Positions 52,330-64,000 of a DNA stretch of 64,000 bases are shown here, piece by piece. A program made the position numbers and the translations under genes. Numbering within the stretch: position 1 is the stretch's first letter; each line of letters opens with the position of its first letter. The stretch is from Octopus bimaculoides (Eukaryota), in the NCBI RefSeq assembly GCF_001194135.2, contig NC_068985.1:18750234-18814233 (forward strand), read 5' to 3'. The notes beneath the pieces were generated by a model. It saw only the letters and a list, made by a program, of their open reading frames with translations, made no database searches and had not been told where the DNA came from.

Positions 52330-53270
52330 GGTGTACCCAGTGTAAACTACAGATACAAGAGATACAATGTGAATACAGAGAAAGGACATTTCATATGTGA
52401 CAGGTGCATGGGAACAGTAAGTGTTAAGAGCTCACTGAAAATTATTCTAACAAATGCTTGGAAGGTTCTTTAGAAGCACTTTAGCTTTTGATGCTCAAGT
52501 GACTTAAGTAACAGAGCAGGTGGATGTTCTAAAAGCATTGAAGCTAGAGTGAGAACGGTATGGAAACTGATCAGTGAACTACTCTCTTAACTGGTAACAA
52601 AGGCTTCTTCTGAAGGAAGGAAGGACAGGTTGCACAATGTTTGTATATTAATACAAAGTGTGATATGAAGGCACATGGCTTAGTGGTTAGTGTATTTGGC
52701 TCATGATCATAAGATCATGTGTTCAATTTTCAGCAGTGTGTTGTGTCCTTGAGCAAGACATTTTATTTCACATTGCTCCAGCCAACTCAGCTGGCATAAA
52801 TGAATAGTACCTGTAGTTCAAAGGGTCAGTCGTGTCACATTCCGTGTGTTACACTGAATATCCCTGAGAACTACATTAAAGATACAAGTGTCTGTGGAGT
52901 GCTCAGCCATTTACATGCTAATTTTACAAGCAGGCTGTTCCATTGATTGAATCAACTGGAACACTCATTGTAACTGACAGAATGCTTAACCACAAAGTGT
53001 GATGCTGCATACTAATGAGATGCAAACCTAGAATGCAGAGAACTAATAAAGTCTAGAAAGAAACAAAGCCACCATGCTTTGCTGGATGTGCAATGTTAGA
53101 GTACATGAATGATGGTTTGTAAATGAGTTGAAAGAAAAACTGGATATTAGAAGAATCAGATGTAGTGTGCAAGAAAGAAAACTGTGCTGTTGGTACAGGC
53201 CTGTGATGTTTAAAGAGAAAGGAAGCTGTATAAAGAAGTGTATAAGCTGTATAAGTCAGATGCTGAAAGT
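52330..53270 (+). mobile_element. RTE LINE fragment interrupted by a family C SINE
   Basis: Same RT C-terminal region as 28208-28990 (LEVVD.F, KG.L..VC.QSVMLH, KEKLDIRRIRCSVQERKLCCW). Confidence 0.7.
52665..52991 (+). mobile_element. Full-length family C SINE with a 12-bp target-site duplication
   Basis: ACAAAGTGTGAT at 52653-52664 and 52992-53003. tRNA-like head: A-box-like gcacatggcttagtggttag and B-box-like gttcaattttc. Confidence 0.85.
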
Positions 53271-53287
53271 GAATAGAACTTATATTA

Positions 53288-53544
53288 TCTATAATATAAA
53301 TTGAAGTTGGCCGACCATTGTATTCTTTCTTGTCTTGAGGTTCACGGCCAAACGGCTGGATGAATTCGCATGAAAAATGGTACACATGTGGAGACGGGTA
53401 CATAGATTGGAATGCGCTTTTTATTTTTTTCCTCGCCCCCATACTTACAGAGAAAATCGATTAAAACAACCTGCGTGCGTGCATGTATGTGAGTGTGTGC
53501 CACATCATCCAAACAGACTGAGTGAAACCGGGTTTAGCTGCTAG
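53288..53544 (+). mobile_element. Complete 257-bp non-autonomous Helitron
   Basis: Starts A|TCTATAATATAAA and ends gagtgaaaccgggtttagctgCTAG|T, giving TC...CTAG ends at an AT target with no duplication. Confidence 0.8.
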
Positions 53545-55024
53545 TAATATATATAATGAACTTATTGTAGTTCTCAGGTGCACTACAACTCATTAGAAAA
53601 AGTAACCGAAACTGCATGAACGGTATATAGAATATGCACAGGAAGTGAACGGTGAATAAATCTCAAAAAAAAAAAAGAAAAAGAAAAAATTGTGAAAGAG
53701 GTTCCATTTACCAAGAAAGACTTGGTAAAAGGTGGTGAGCTGGCAAAAACGTTAGCATGCTGGGTGAAATGCTTAACAGCATTTCGTCTGCCGTTCTGAG
53801 TTCAAATTCCACCAAGGTTGACTTTGCCTTTCATTCTTTCGGGTTTGATAAATTAAGTACCAGTTATGCACTGGGGTCAATGTAATTGACTTAATCCCTT
53901 TGTCTGTCCTTGTTTGTCCCCTCTATGTTTAGCCCCTTGTGGGCAATAAAGAAATAAGAAAGACTTGGAATGAAATTGTGATGACAGATCTCAAGACTTA
54001 GATCTCATGAAAGAGATGTCAAAGAAGTGTTGATTGGTGGTATGGAAAAGACCCGAACATGGAAAAGACCCGAACATTGGTGCAAACATGGCTAGAGAAA
54101 TGTTATAAATAAAGATTGAAAGGTATAATCTATGTTTGTGTATGTGTATGTGAGTGTATGAATGTGTGTGGGAGAGAGAGAGGGAGAGACAAAGAGAGTG
54201 AGAGAAAGAGAGAGCGCGTGTGTGTGTGTGTGTATGTGCGTGCGTGTGTGTGTGGTGTATGTATTGTGAAACCTACTTTTGTTGCCTCCCCTGCATTTCG
54301 ACACCTTCTTATCTCCCTTATCACTCCTTTCTCCGTCTCCTTATCTCGATCATTCCTCTCACTATTACTCACTGCTCGTGCAATGACAGCTGGAACAGAA
54401 TCCTCCCTAATTTTATCTCCTACTACCATCCTTGTCACTCTAGTTCCCCTGCCCACCATGAGATCTATGTATGAGACTGCATTGAACTTTTTTCTCAATA
54501 CACTCTACATTCACCCTCTCTATACTAACAATCATCTAGCTCTCTCTCTCTCTCTCTCTCTCTCATCTCAATCGCTCTGTTTCTACCATTACACTCTTGC
54601 TCCTTTCATCCATCCTTCTTCACTTTTCTCTTATCATTGCTCTCTCCCTTTCTCTTTCTCTCTTATTATTTCTTTGATTATGTTGCCTAAAGCATTCATA
54701 TGTATCTCAGAGTCCTGAGTACCATTTTACTCTGTCAGGGTACCAGGAAATTCTTTTTGTATCGATGTCACTTTTTAAAGTGGCTGGAGAGAGAATGAGT
54801 AGAGACGTATAAGCTCAAGAAGACCCTTTAACCTTGCTTTATGGGGGATATAACAATCTTTCAAATGTTGATGACATGACAGCAGGGTCACATTTATGTA
54901 TGGGCCAATATGGGTCATGGCCCAGGGATTCCTTTACTCAGAGAAGCCAAAAGCTTGGAGTTATATATAAAAAAATATACTTACCGCAATCAAGTAAATA
55001 ATTTGTAATGTTTTTTCATATTTA

Positions 55025-55197
55025 GGCGCAGGAGTGGCTGTGTGGTAAGTAGCTTGCCTACCAACCACATGGTTCCGGGTTAAGTCCCACTGCGTGGCAC
55101 CTTGGGCAAGTGTCTTCTACTATAGCCTCGGGCCGACCAAAGCCTTGTGAGTGGATTTGGTAGACGGAAACTGAAAGAAGTCCGTCGTATATATGTA

Positions 55198-55240
<43 letters not shown>

Positions 55241-55461
55241 ATATGTTTGTGTGTCTGTGTTTGTCCCCCCAGCATCACTTGACAACCGATGTTGGTGTGT
55301 TTACGTCCCCGTAACTTGGCGGTTCGGCAAAAGAAATCGATAGAATAAGTACTAGGCTTCCAAAGAATAAGTCCTGGGGTTGATTTGCTCGACTAAAGGC
55401 GGTGCTCCAGCATGGCTGCATTCAAATGACTGAAACAAGTAAAAAAGTAAAAGAGTAAAAG
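55025..55461 (+). mobile_element. Full-length family A SINE (least degraded copy)
   Basis: tRNA-like head ggcgcaggagtggctgtgtggtaag...ggttccgggtt.agtccc, then ccttgggcaagtgtcttc, an internal (TA)n/(TG)n tract and a (GAGTAAAA)-type tail. Confidence 0.9.
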
Positions 55462-56254
55462 ATTTGTTTAAATTTAAAAAAAATCCAATTGTGCTTTTTT
55501 AAAATTATTGAGCCTCTTTTTATTTATAGGGTCCTTTTTGAGATCCTTTTAAGTTTTGTGGCCTCTTAAAGCTGTTTGAGATCCTCTTTATTATCGTATT
55601 ATATTTTGAATTTGCTCTCTTTTAAGTAGTGCCTTTTTAAAAATACTTGAGAATATATTTCTTCCTGAAAATATGTTCTGAAAACATTCATAAAATCACA
55701 GCGATTCCCAAAACCAAGTGCCTAGGGGCCATGCTTTATAGGATGCAATCCGTGCACTCTGTGAAAGGTTGACAAAAAGTGTGAAGAAAGCATAGGGTTG
55801 ACAGAATTTGTTGCAAGTTCATGTTATGCATAGTTGTTTATAAGTTAGTTGTGCTGCATGTTATTCATACATGACAATTGCGAACATAATAGAATATATT
55901 TATTGTAAGGTCTATTGTACATATTTATATAAAATTTCTAATGATTGCTGGAGATGTGGGAGGATAGAAATTGAGCTTCAATGCAACTAATATCAAGGCT
56001 TGAGAAATTGGAAAGACTTGGCCTGAAATTAAGAAGAATTCTTTTTGCTTCTAGCTAGATTCAGCAAAGGAAACTGGACGCTGTAATTGGTTAATTACTT
56101 CATTAAGACTGCTGTGGACACTGCATGTGTGTTTGCTTTTGGTGAGATGTCAGGATGTATGTTCTTTGGTAGCTCTCTCAACATCTGCAGTTGTCCTTCA
56201 TGGACTTCCGTTTTAATACACCAAAATTATGGGAACCTGAAGAACATTGTAGAT

Positions 56255-56506
56255 CAATGGTTCTCAACAGGGGTCCACATAAGATTTCGTTATTAAAATT
56301 TATTTGCAATAAATTGGTTATATAAATTTGCAATAAATTGGTTATACAATATGCAAAATATTTTGATATATTTTTTAAATAGAATTCCTTATAATATTTA
56401 AATACAAAAATATGAGATTTTTTTAAACATTGAATGGCTATGAGGGTCCAGTAGATTAAAATAGGAATCAAAGGATTCCATAGGTAAAAAACGGTGAGAA
56501 CCACTT
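56255..56506. mobile_element. hAT-type MITE
   Basis: Ends CAATGGTTCTCAAC ... GGTGAGAACCACT match the hAT CAGTGGTTCTCAAC consensus; flanks ttgtagat / ttg-agat suggest a degenerate 8-bp duplication. Another right end, gttgagaaccactg, lies at ~38705-38718. Confidence 0.65.
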
Positions 56507-57277
56507 TTGAGATGATGTTCATGGTATGACTTGATATTGCTGCAAACCAATTTGTTGATGATCAGAACATGCTGCATGATTTGAGCATGATTTATGTATG
56601 GTATGGACCTTACAATTGAAAATCTAAGGTTCACTTCTAAGTCTCCCTACAAACTCTTTGATCCAGTCTTGCTGAGGACATGACAGTCTCTTTAGATCTG
56701 GTGCCATAATAAAATGTAGCCTGTGCACTCTGTAAAGTGGATAGTAATGGGATGGGTATCCAGCCATTGAAATCAAGCCAAAAACAAAACATATGATCCT
56801 CTGACTTGTTTATGTGAACAGTGGCTCCTGTTAGAAATATCTTGGACTGTAACAAACTGTGACAGTATGGAAATTAGACATAAAATGATGTTATATATCT
56901 GTATGTATGTGGTTGAGTTCTCAAATAATACCTTTATCACATATCTGTCTTATTCATCTCAATCACTCATGTTCCTCGTCAGAATGAGCTAATACTTCAG
57001 CCCCCAACAATTACACGCCCTCTATGTATATAGTTCAAGACCCACATGCTCTTGCATCCGGAATGAAGCTGTTTCTCCATGCACAGATATCTTAGATTGC
57101 ATCCAAACAGGATAATGGTCTGACTAGCTCCTTGAATGTTTGACATTTTCACTATAAATATAATTACATTTTTAGATATATTTGATAAAATTTTTTCAAT
57201 GCGGTTGACCTTTGAATTAAACAAGATTTTCTGTACTTAATCTCTACTCTAGAAGGCATTATCTTACACAGACCATA

Positions 57278-58157
57278 GGAATTTGTGGTGAAAATATTTT
57301 TCAGACCAGAGTTTCAGAAAATTCACACTGGTTGGCTTTGTTTCTTCATATCTTTCAGAAAAGTAGGTATTTTTAAATGAAATTTTATACTAATACCTTC
57401 CAGAGTGTGTAGATTAGAATATGTGAATTTAATATGAAAAAGAAAATTGGTGGTCTTGTATAAATACATATTGACATACTTCACAATTTTATTTCTAAAT
57501 TTGAAGTTTCATTTTGTAGGTATGTGTGATTTGTCAGTATGTGTGTATGAGCCCACCAATTTTGTTTTTCATATTAAATTTCACAGAATTAATGGTAAAC
57601 TTATTGGGTTATTTCTGAAAACTGTATCTAAAAAACCCGAGAGTGTAGCCTGTATTGTGCCTGTATCAAAAGATAGTTGCCCATCTGCTAATCATTGAAA
57701 AGTGAAGGAAACTGGAATACGATGATTACTTAATGCACTGCACAATATTATAGACTTAATACACACCATTCTTCCTTTTTGCCTTGCCCTCTTTTTGTCT
57801 GTCTTTTCTCTTTTGCTCTTCGCTTTCCCTTCAACTAATCACATGAAAGTGTTACAGACGGACAAAATAACGGAGAAAAAAATAACTTAGTTAAAAAGCG
57901 AAATTACACATTTCACTCACCACCACGTTTCCCTTCCCTCCCCTTAAACTAATTATGTGGAAGCGTTACGGACGGGCTAAGTAACGGCGTGACAAGCAGA
58001 ATTATCATAAGATTTACACGCTCCGAGAGGTAATTGTAGAAAATTTTATTAAAATATATACATTTTCCTGAAAGATATGAGGAAACAAAGCCGACCAGTG
58101 TGAATTTTCCGAAACTCCTCTCCCCATCCTCGGAAAAATATTTCCACCATAAATTCC
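57278..58157. repeat. Inverted repeat pair (57278-57412 and 58013-58157) of a probable DNA/Helentron-type element
   Basis: ctgaaagatatga.gaaacaaagcc.accagtgtgaattt.c.gaaac is present in opposite orientations; the spacer has ttac(a/g)gacgg motifs. Confidence 0.65.
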
Positions 58158-59224
58158 GATATAATCGGAATCTACACCATCTGAAGTATATTTGTAGTAA
58201 ATTTCATTAAAAAAATACCCAGTCTTCTACAAGTTATGAGGAAACAAACTCGAGCAGAGAGCACACTTGTGTAGGTATGCCATAACTGGATTATATTGTT
58301 TGTAATTAAAGGGTCATATTTTTTCGCGGATATCCAGTACAGTTCCAGATCAAAATGCCGTGCATTTTCTTCTCCTTACATTCAGAATCTAAATCAGTTA
58401 AGGCAAAACTGCAATCGGGGAACTTTCTGAATGGCACACCTGACGAAAAATTACCTTTTTGGGGCGGAATTCTGCTTTTACCCTGATTTAAATACNNNNN
58501 NNNNNNNNNNNNNNNNNNNNNNNNNNNNNNNNNNNNNNNNNNNNNNNNNNNNNNNNNNNNNNNNNNNNNNNNNNNNNNNNNNNNNNNNNNNNNNNNNNNN
58601 NNNNNNNNNNNNNNNNNNNNNNNNNNNNNNNNNNNNNNNNNNNNNNNNNNNNNNNNNNNNNNNNNNNNNNNNNNNNNNNNNNNNNNNNNNNNNNNNNNNN
58701 NNNNNNNNNNNNNNNNNNNNNNNNNNNNNNNNNNNNNNNNNNNNNNNNNNNNNNNNNNNNNNNNNNNNNNNNNNNNNNNNNNNNNNNNNNNNNNNNNNNN
58801 NNNNNNNNNNNNNNNNNNNNNNNNNNNNNNNNNNNNNNNNNNNNNNNNNNNNNNNNNNNNNNNNNNNNNNNNNNNNNNNNNNNNNNNNNNNNNNNNNNNN
58901 NNNNNNNNNNNNNNNNNNNNNNNNNNNNNNNNNNNNNNNNNNNNNNNNNNNNNNNNNNNNNNNNNNNNNNNNNNNNNNNNNNNNNNNNNNNNNNNNNNNN
59001 NNNNNNNNNNNNNNNNNNNNNNNNNNNNNNNNNNNNNNNNNNNNNNNNNNNNNNNNNNNGTAGAATTTATCAAATTAGAAAACGCAAATTTAATATAAAA
59101 ATATATTTTCTGAAATTGCAAATTATTTAAAATATAAAAATATAATTTTCAACAGAGAGAATTTATCAAAATAGAAAACAAATGAAGTTTGAAGTTTAAA
59201 AATAATAGGATCGACCACTCACGA

Positions 59225-59253
59225 CTAGCTAGCGCGGACGCGCTACTGCGCGT
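59225..59253 (-). mobile_element. Helitron-type 3' terminus
   Basis: Minus strand: ACGCGC-AGTA-GCGCGT hairpin, 9-nt spacer, then CTAG|T. Confidence 0.6.
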
Positions 59254-59357
59254 TCGGGACCACTCTGCTTTAGTAGTACCCTTATACTCTGTGTGTTTTC
59301 AAACGCATGGATATAGGTGTCAAATTTGTTCCAATAACAGATAGCTCGCTCCGGCCA

Positions 59358-59459
59358 GTCATGGTATTAGCTGTCAGTAGCCAAAGAATCAACTCAAACC
59401 AGCAGTAACGTTCCTTGTCAGATTTTTCTACTTTCACTTCTGACAGCTAATACCATGAC
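59358..59459. repeat. Perfect 20-bp inverted repeat enclosing 62 nt
   Basis: gtcatggtattagctgtcag (59358-59377) / ctgacagctaataccatgac (59440-59459). Confidence 0.9.
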
Positions 59460-59489
59460 AGTGCCAAAATTGTTTGAAAAATTTCAATT

Positions 59490-59769
59490 CACCCCCCTCC
59501 CACCACCAAGCAGGCTATTTACATGCTAGAAATAACAGCCAAATCTCACAAAACTAGTGTTAGGGTTAGGTTTAGGGTTAGGGTTAGGGTTTGAGTTAGG
59601 GTTAGGTTTACCCTGTGGATCTATATAAGAACCGGGGTGGTGGATCGAAATTTTGAAATTGAGATTTTTGAAAATTTTTTTTCAGAATCGGAATCTCCAT
59701 AGCCTAAAACGTGGGATTCCGTAAAAAAAAAAAAAAGGGGGAAAGGTTCAGATTGCATATAGTCCATCT
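59490..59769. mobile_element. Second, left-truncated copy of the TTAGGG-containing MITE
   Basis: Near-identical to 44685-44982, with 8 telomere-type units at 59560-59607; ends ...tatagtccatct-ggacc like copy 1. Confidence 0.85.
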
Positions 59770-59894
59770 GGACCGAAAGACTTTATTCATATATAAAAAT
59801 AAAAATGATAACTTTTCGAAGACACTTATTCTTCGGTACCCAGATTTATATGTTAATTGCGTGCAAACAACAAGACAAAAAGACAATCTTTGCG

Positions 59895-59994
59895 CAAAAC
59901 AGTAAAACGGAAACTCTTTACAGGAAGTCAGCGGTACGCATGTCAAAATATCCCGTAACTTCCTTTGTAGATTCCTTTTGAGTTCTCTTTCATA
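59895..59994 (+). promoter_or_regulatory. RPL27A: RPL27A promoter and 5' TOP leader
   Basis: ETS/GABP-like acggaaac and caggaagt at ~59907-59928. Pyrimidine runs cttccttt, ttcctttt and ttctcttt precede the ATG, as in ribosomal-protein TOP mRNAs. Confidence 0.7.
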
Positions 59995-59997
59995 ATG
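59995..59997 (+). CDS. RPL27A: RPL27A exon 1 coding part (ATG only)
   Basis: ataATG|GTGAGT donor. Phase 0 fits exon 2, and an ATG-only first exon is the architecture known from vertebrate RPL27A. Confidence 0.8.
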
Positions 59998-61400
59998 GTG
60001 AGTACACTTGTCGGATTGTATCTGGCATGTAATCCATATTAATCGTATTGTTTTGAAATATTATTTTTTGCATATCCTCTATATTTTAACTCAGTATGTT
60101 ATATTATATTTAACTAGTTTATTATTTCTGTTATTTGAGCCTTAGATTTTATTTTAGATTGCTTTAAACACATGTAGCCATAATCTCTTCACATTTGTTA
60201 CCAATTTATCCTTTTATAAACTGCAATATATAATTTTGAGATAAGTATCCTGAAGTAGTCCATATTTATTTAAAGCTTTGCTTTTTACATTAAATGACTG
60301 TTCACTATTCAAAGATTTAGTAAATCGTTAATTCAATCTTAATTATATCCTTAATATAAATTCCTATTAAATCTGAGCAAGTTCACGTGTTCCATAAATA
60401 TACATTCAAACATTATTGTGTAAATAGACTCTCAATTTATTAATACATCACTGTGTATCGCGATCTTAGATTTATTAATACGTATGCAAAATTTATCTAC
60501 AAATGTATGTCATTTTAGCCATTGCTCACAGTTTTTGGGGAGGGAGTAAAGGCCTTGAGCTTCATCTGTACAACTATCGTTGCCTAGTTTCCATTTTTTA
60601 AAATCAACTCTGTCGAATTCACTGCTCCAATTTGTGTATATAAGTTCTGAAATATATATTTTTTTTCATACTTCCTTCTGCAAATATATGAAAAACCCCT
60701 GCTCAACGTAATTAATATTTGGAATAGTCGTGAAAATTACACGTTAAAAAATGTCGGCAGAATAATTTTCATTGCACCGATATTTTAGATATCGGTATTT
60801 AGAAATAACACCTGCATGGCTGTATCTTAACGAGCAAAAGATCAAAGAAACAGGCACTATTTACTTTCCAGGGTCAGTGGAGACATACGTATTGAGGGGC
60901 TAATGCAGTTTTGCACCTCCTTGAAAAATTGGGATTGTCTCCACCATGTGCACCGAATAAACATTGCTTTCATTATTTTGTACAGTTATTTACAAATTAG
61001 TTACACTTATTAGCGAGAATTGTCTTGCCATACGTATTTATTTTGAAAGCAGTTTGAGATGTTGCAAACCAGGTTTTTAACATTCAGACTTGTGTGTAGA
61101 GAGACAATATGCTAAGAGCACCCGGCTTGGTGCTTCAACCCGTCGGTTATAAGGGAGATAATGGAATAAAGACGTCACGGTCATAAGTAGTTGGAATTTG
61201 AACAAGCCTGTGGTTAGTCTGTTGCAAGCATATTCAGGTGCGCTGTACCAGACTTTTTTTTAGTGTACAGCTGTTTTATTCTAAATTATATTTACAAGCT
61301 AAATCTTTGACCATGTGTTCATAAATCATCCAAAACGTTTTTTTTTTTTCCTAAAGTATGCTTTGTCCTAGAGTGTCAGATTTCGTATTTTTTCTCTTAG

Positions 61401-61464
61401 GCCACAAAAAGGAAGAAGACAAGAAAATTAAGAGGACACGTGAGTCACGGACACGGTCGAGTTG
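61401..61464 (+). CDS. RPL27A: 60S ribosomal protein L27a (uL15), exon 2
   Basis: tttctcttag|GCC...GTT G|gtaaga; encodes [21 protein letters not shown](G); 64 nt. Confidence 0.97.
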
Positions 61465-61670
61465 GTAAGACAATGGGCTTTTTAATTTTCAAAAAATTCA
61501 GCTGATGCTTTTGAAAGTTCAAACGTACAATAATATCAATAGCTTATTACTTTGTCATATTTATAATTTATGAGTTTATAAATACCATCATGAAAATGTG
61601 TTTGAGATTTAAGAGTGGAATTAGGCTGTAACAATTGAACAATCAATAGTTAGACCATGTATTTTTGTAG

Positions 61671-61780
<110 letters not shown>

Positions 61781-61799
61781 GTAAGTATCTGTCTGATTG

Positions 61800-61921
61800 G
61801 TTCAATTATTGCGTAGTACAAAGCTGATGATGGTAGCATGCTTCTCATTGGTGCTGGAGTGGAGGGATGCAGGCCTTATTGACCTGGAGAACCAGATTGA
61901 ATTACTAAGCATAGACATGAT
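61800..61921 (+). ncRNA. Weak candidate intronic H/ACA snoRNA (SNORA3/45-like 3' hairpin)
   Basis: GC-richer island in intron 3 ending atagACAtga, with atgc...ccttattgacctgg-aga-accag...tactaagcat. CUUAUU could pair with 28S AAUAAG. No clear ANANNA H box. Confidence 0.3.
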
Positions 61922-62238
61922 TTGAGTCATCGTATGATGTACACTACGTGTAAAGAGTTTCCATGTATTTTTATTTTTCTGCTTCTGTCCAGTTCTATCT
62001 GTAGGTATTGTATACTATGCAATTTAGTTATTTTTCTTGTCAGTTATAAATTTGGTCTTTTAGCATTAAGTGCTCCTCTGTTTCTTTTCTCTACCAGTCT
62101 TGGGTCATATGGTTGTGATGTTATCTTATAATCACAGAAATCAGTTGCATTAGATTGGTCTAGCATTTTTGTGCTGTAAAAATTGTATTGTCTTCAGCAT
62201 ATTAAATATGCTGCTGTCAGAAAGGCTCACTCACTATA

Positions 62239-62702
62239 GCAAAGGGGCTAATGCAGATTCACGCCTCACCTTGAAAAGTGCATTTTTCTGAAAAAGTTTA
62301 TTCGGATTCCTAGTTTTAACATGTTGGAGATTATGAATATGCAAAAAAAAAAAATTTTTTTTTCAAAATTCTACCCCACACACCCAATTTTAAATGTTTC
62401 TTAAATTGTGGAAATTTCATTAAAGCAGGTATGTCATGTGGGAAAATATGGAGATGTTATCAATATCGAAACAAATTTCTATAGTTTAGCTAAATGTGCA
62501 TAGAATGTGTATGTAAAGCCTGCTTTAATGAAATTTCTACACTTCATTATACAATACATTTAAAATGAGGTGGGGTGTAACATTTATTATTTTTTTTTTT
62601 TGCATATTCATAATCTCCGACATGTAAAAACTAGGAATCCGAAAAAACTTTTTCAGAAAAATGCATTTTTCAAGTGGAGATACGAATGTGCATTAGCCTT
62701 GC
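62239..62702. mobile_element. Palindromic MITE (~460 bp) in RPL27A intron 3
   Basis: Arms gcaaaggggctaatgcag...tcggattcctagtttt.acatgttggagattatgaatatgcaaaa are mirrored at 62580-62702, and inner arms at ~62375-62430 / 62515-62575 also pair. A related end fragment lies at ~60895-60930. Confidence 0.85.
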
Positions 62703-62989
62703 AAAAAATCCTCGTTTCCAGCATTATATTTAAATTCTTACAGTATATGATATTAAGTATTTGGAATGTCAATCATAAACAGGTTGTGTACTGTTTTAGT
62801 TTTGAGTTTTCAGAACCTCTGGCTAAATATTTTAAATAAAATGTTAAAAATTTAAGTTTGATAAAAGCAAAATTTCTCAAACTGTTGCAGTTTTCATCAT
62901 TTACAATAGATGAATGTCATTAACTTGGTGAGGTTGGTAAATGAGTCCAATCAGAATGTTCATATTCTTTGTCCAGTTCCATGTGATGG

Positions 62990-63625
62990 CATTACTAGAA
63001 TGTTTATCATAACTACCTGGACTACATCAAATGTGTTCTGTCTTCAGCTGCAAGGTCACTCATCAATCTTGTAACGGTCCTCAATGAACACAACATCATA
63101 ACAGTAATGTTTTGACCACCCCCACTCCTGACTTGGTTATCTAGGTAACAGAAGCTATCTACTTACAGTTTTTCCCCCAGGAATATGACGGAAGCTGTTT
63201 TCTGCACATTTTCAGTGTTTATTTCTCCGGAGCATTTGCCACACACAAACTATCTTCCAGTTAGCCTTCCTTTGATATTGCTGGACCGCTTATGTGTCCA
63301 TAGCTTACACTAGGTACGTCTTATGGCGTTTCTACCTATGCCTTTACAGATTGAGCAGGGCCATCTTTCTGAAAGGGTTTGTGGTTTGTCTGCCTTCTTA
63401 CATTTTAAGACTTTGGTTTTTGCTATGTTAACTAAGGCTCTTCGATTCTAGGCCTTGTTTCCACACCTGAAACTTCTCTAGCTCTGATAGTGACTTAGTT
63501 ATTAGAGCAAGGTCATCAGCATAGAGAAGCTCCCAGGGACATCCTGTCTTGAATCCCTCTGTTAATGCCTCGAGGACTATGATGAATGAGGGGGCTGAGG
63601 ACTGATCCTTGGTGGACATTCTTCA
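62990..63625 (-). mobile_element. RTE LINE reverse transcriptase fragment
   Basis: QSSAPSFIIVLEALTEGFKTGCPWELLYADDLALI (YADD motif), then LESKSLS.N..KTKVL and WPCSICKGIGRNAIRRT.CKLWTHKR. Confidence 0.9.
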
Positions 63626-63678
63626 CTGTACCTGTTGCCAACCCTCAAGTGATGAGATATATAAATAGATGGTACATA

Positions 63679-63714
<36 letters not shown>

Positions 63715-64000
63715 CACATACATACATACATGCATACACATACAGTAGCAAACGCCCCCCCCCCATCCAATGCACAGTTTGTATAGATGAAGAGGGTTAA
63801 CTTGGACAGTGTTGAGTTCTGGATATGTTTGGTGATTGTATGAGGTTGTTACTTTGGTTAGGGCATTAAAGATTCCTGAGATGTTAAAACTGTTGACTGT
63901 TTCTTCTAAATAAGGAAAATTGATAGCGAATCATATAACCTTTTCGAAATTGTCATGGGGACAATAAAATGAAGGGAAGCTTTTCAGCCCACAATATATA

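Noticed and set aside
55025-55095. tRNA genes at SINE 5' ends
   Set aside because: No complete cloverleaf; each continues into a SINE body repeated many times.
1121-59121. Long ORFs made mostly of X residues, and IYIY/HTHT/CVCV ORFs
   Set aside because: Artefacts of N-gaps and (TA)n/(CA)n microsatellites.
60860-60966. H/ACA-like hairpin (gtggagac/gtctccac) followed by ACA in RPL27A intron 1
   Set aside because: Its interior matches the terminus of the MITE at 62239-62702 (ggggctaatgcag...cttgaaaa), so a MITE relic explains it better.
61781-64000. RPL27A exon 4 (expected HPGYFGKVGMR...)
   Set aside because: No matching sequence found; presumably beyond the window end.

Overview
AT-rich, gap-containing animal genomic DNA. 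The SINE and microsatellite content looks like an octopus assembly (inferred from repeat families). It holds parts of two divergently oriented host genes. On the minus strand is a 1.33-kb exon (1863-3192; CDS 1863-3140) encoding a proline-rich, low-complexity N-terminus that resembles DENND2/ST5-family proteins, with a candidate promoter and first exon about 41 kb away (~44.3-44.5 kb). On the plus strand is the 5' half of ribosomal protein gene RPL27A: a TOP-type exon 1 ending in ATG at 59995-59997, exon 2 at 61401-61464 and exon 3 at 61705-61780; later exons were not found in the window. The rest is mostly transposon-derived: three tRNA-type SINE families, RTE and CR1/L2 fragments, a Chapaev3 element with both ends intact, a full-length Tc1-like element with DD36E spacing, a piggyBac remnant, non-autonomous Helitrons, several MITEs (one family carries internal TTAGGG arrays and sits next to both promoter regions) and Penelope-like elements. 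Highlights: (i) five type I hammerhead ribozyme motifs from three apparently distinct Penelope-type families at 37.1-37.6, 40.2-40.5 and 45.0 kb, four of them in structures that first look like MITEs; (ii) RPL27A next to a DENND2/ST5-like gene, as in human but divergent rather than convergent; (iii) Leu in place of the conserved, hydroxylated His39 of RPL27A; (iv) a DD36E (Incomer-like) transposon in a mollusc; (v) a weak intronic H/ACA snoRNA candidate. All calls were made by eye; no searches or folding programs were run.
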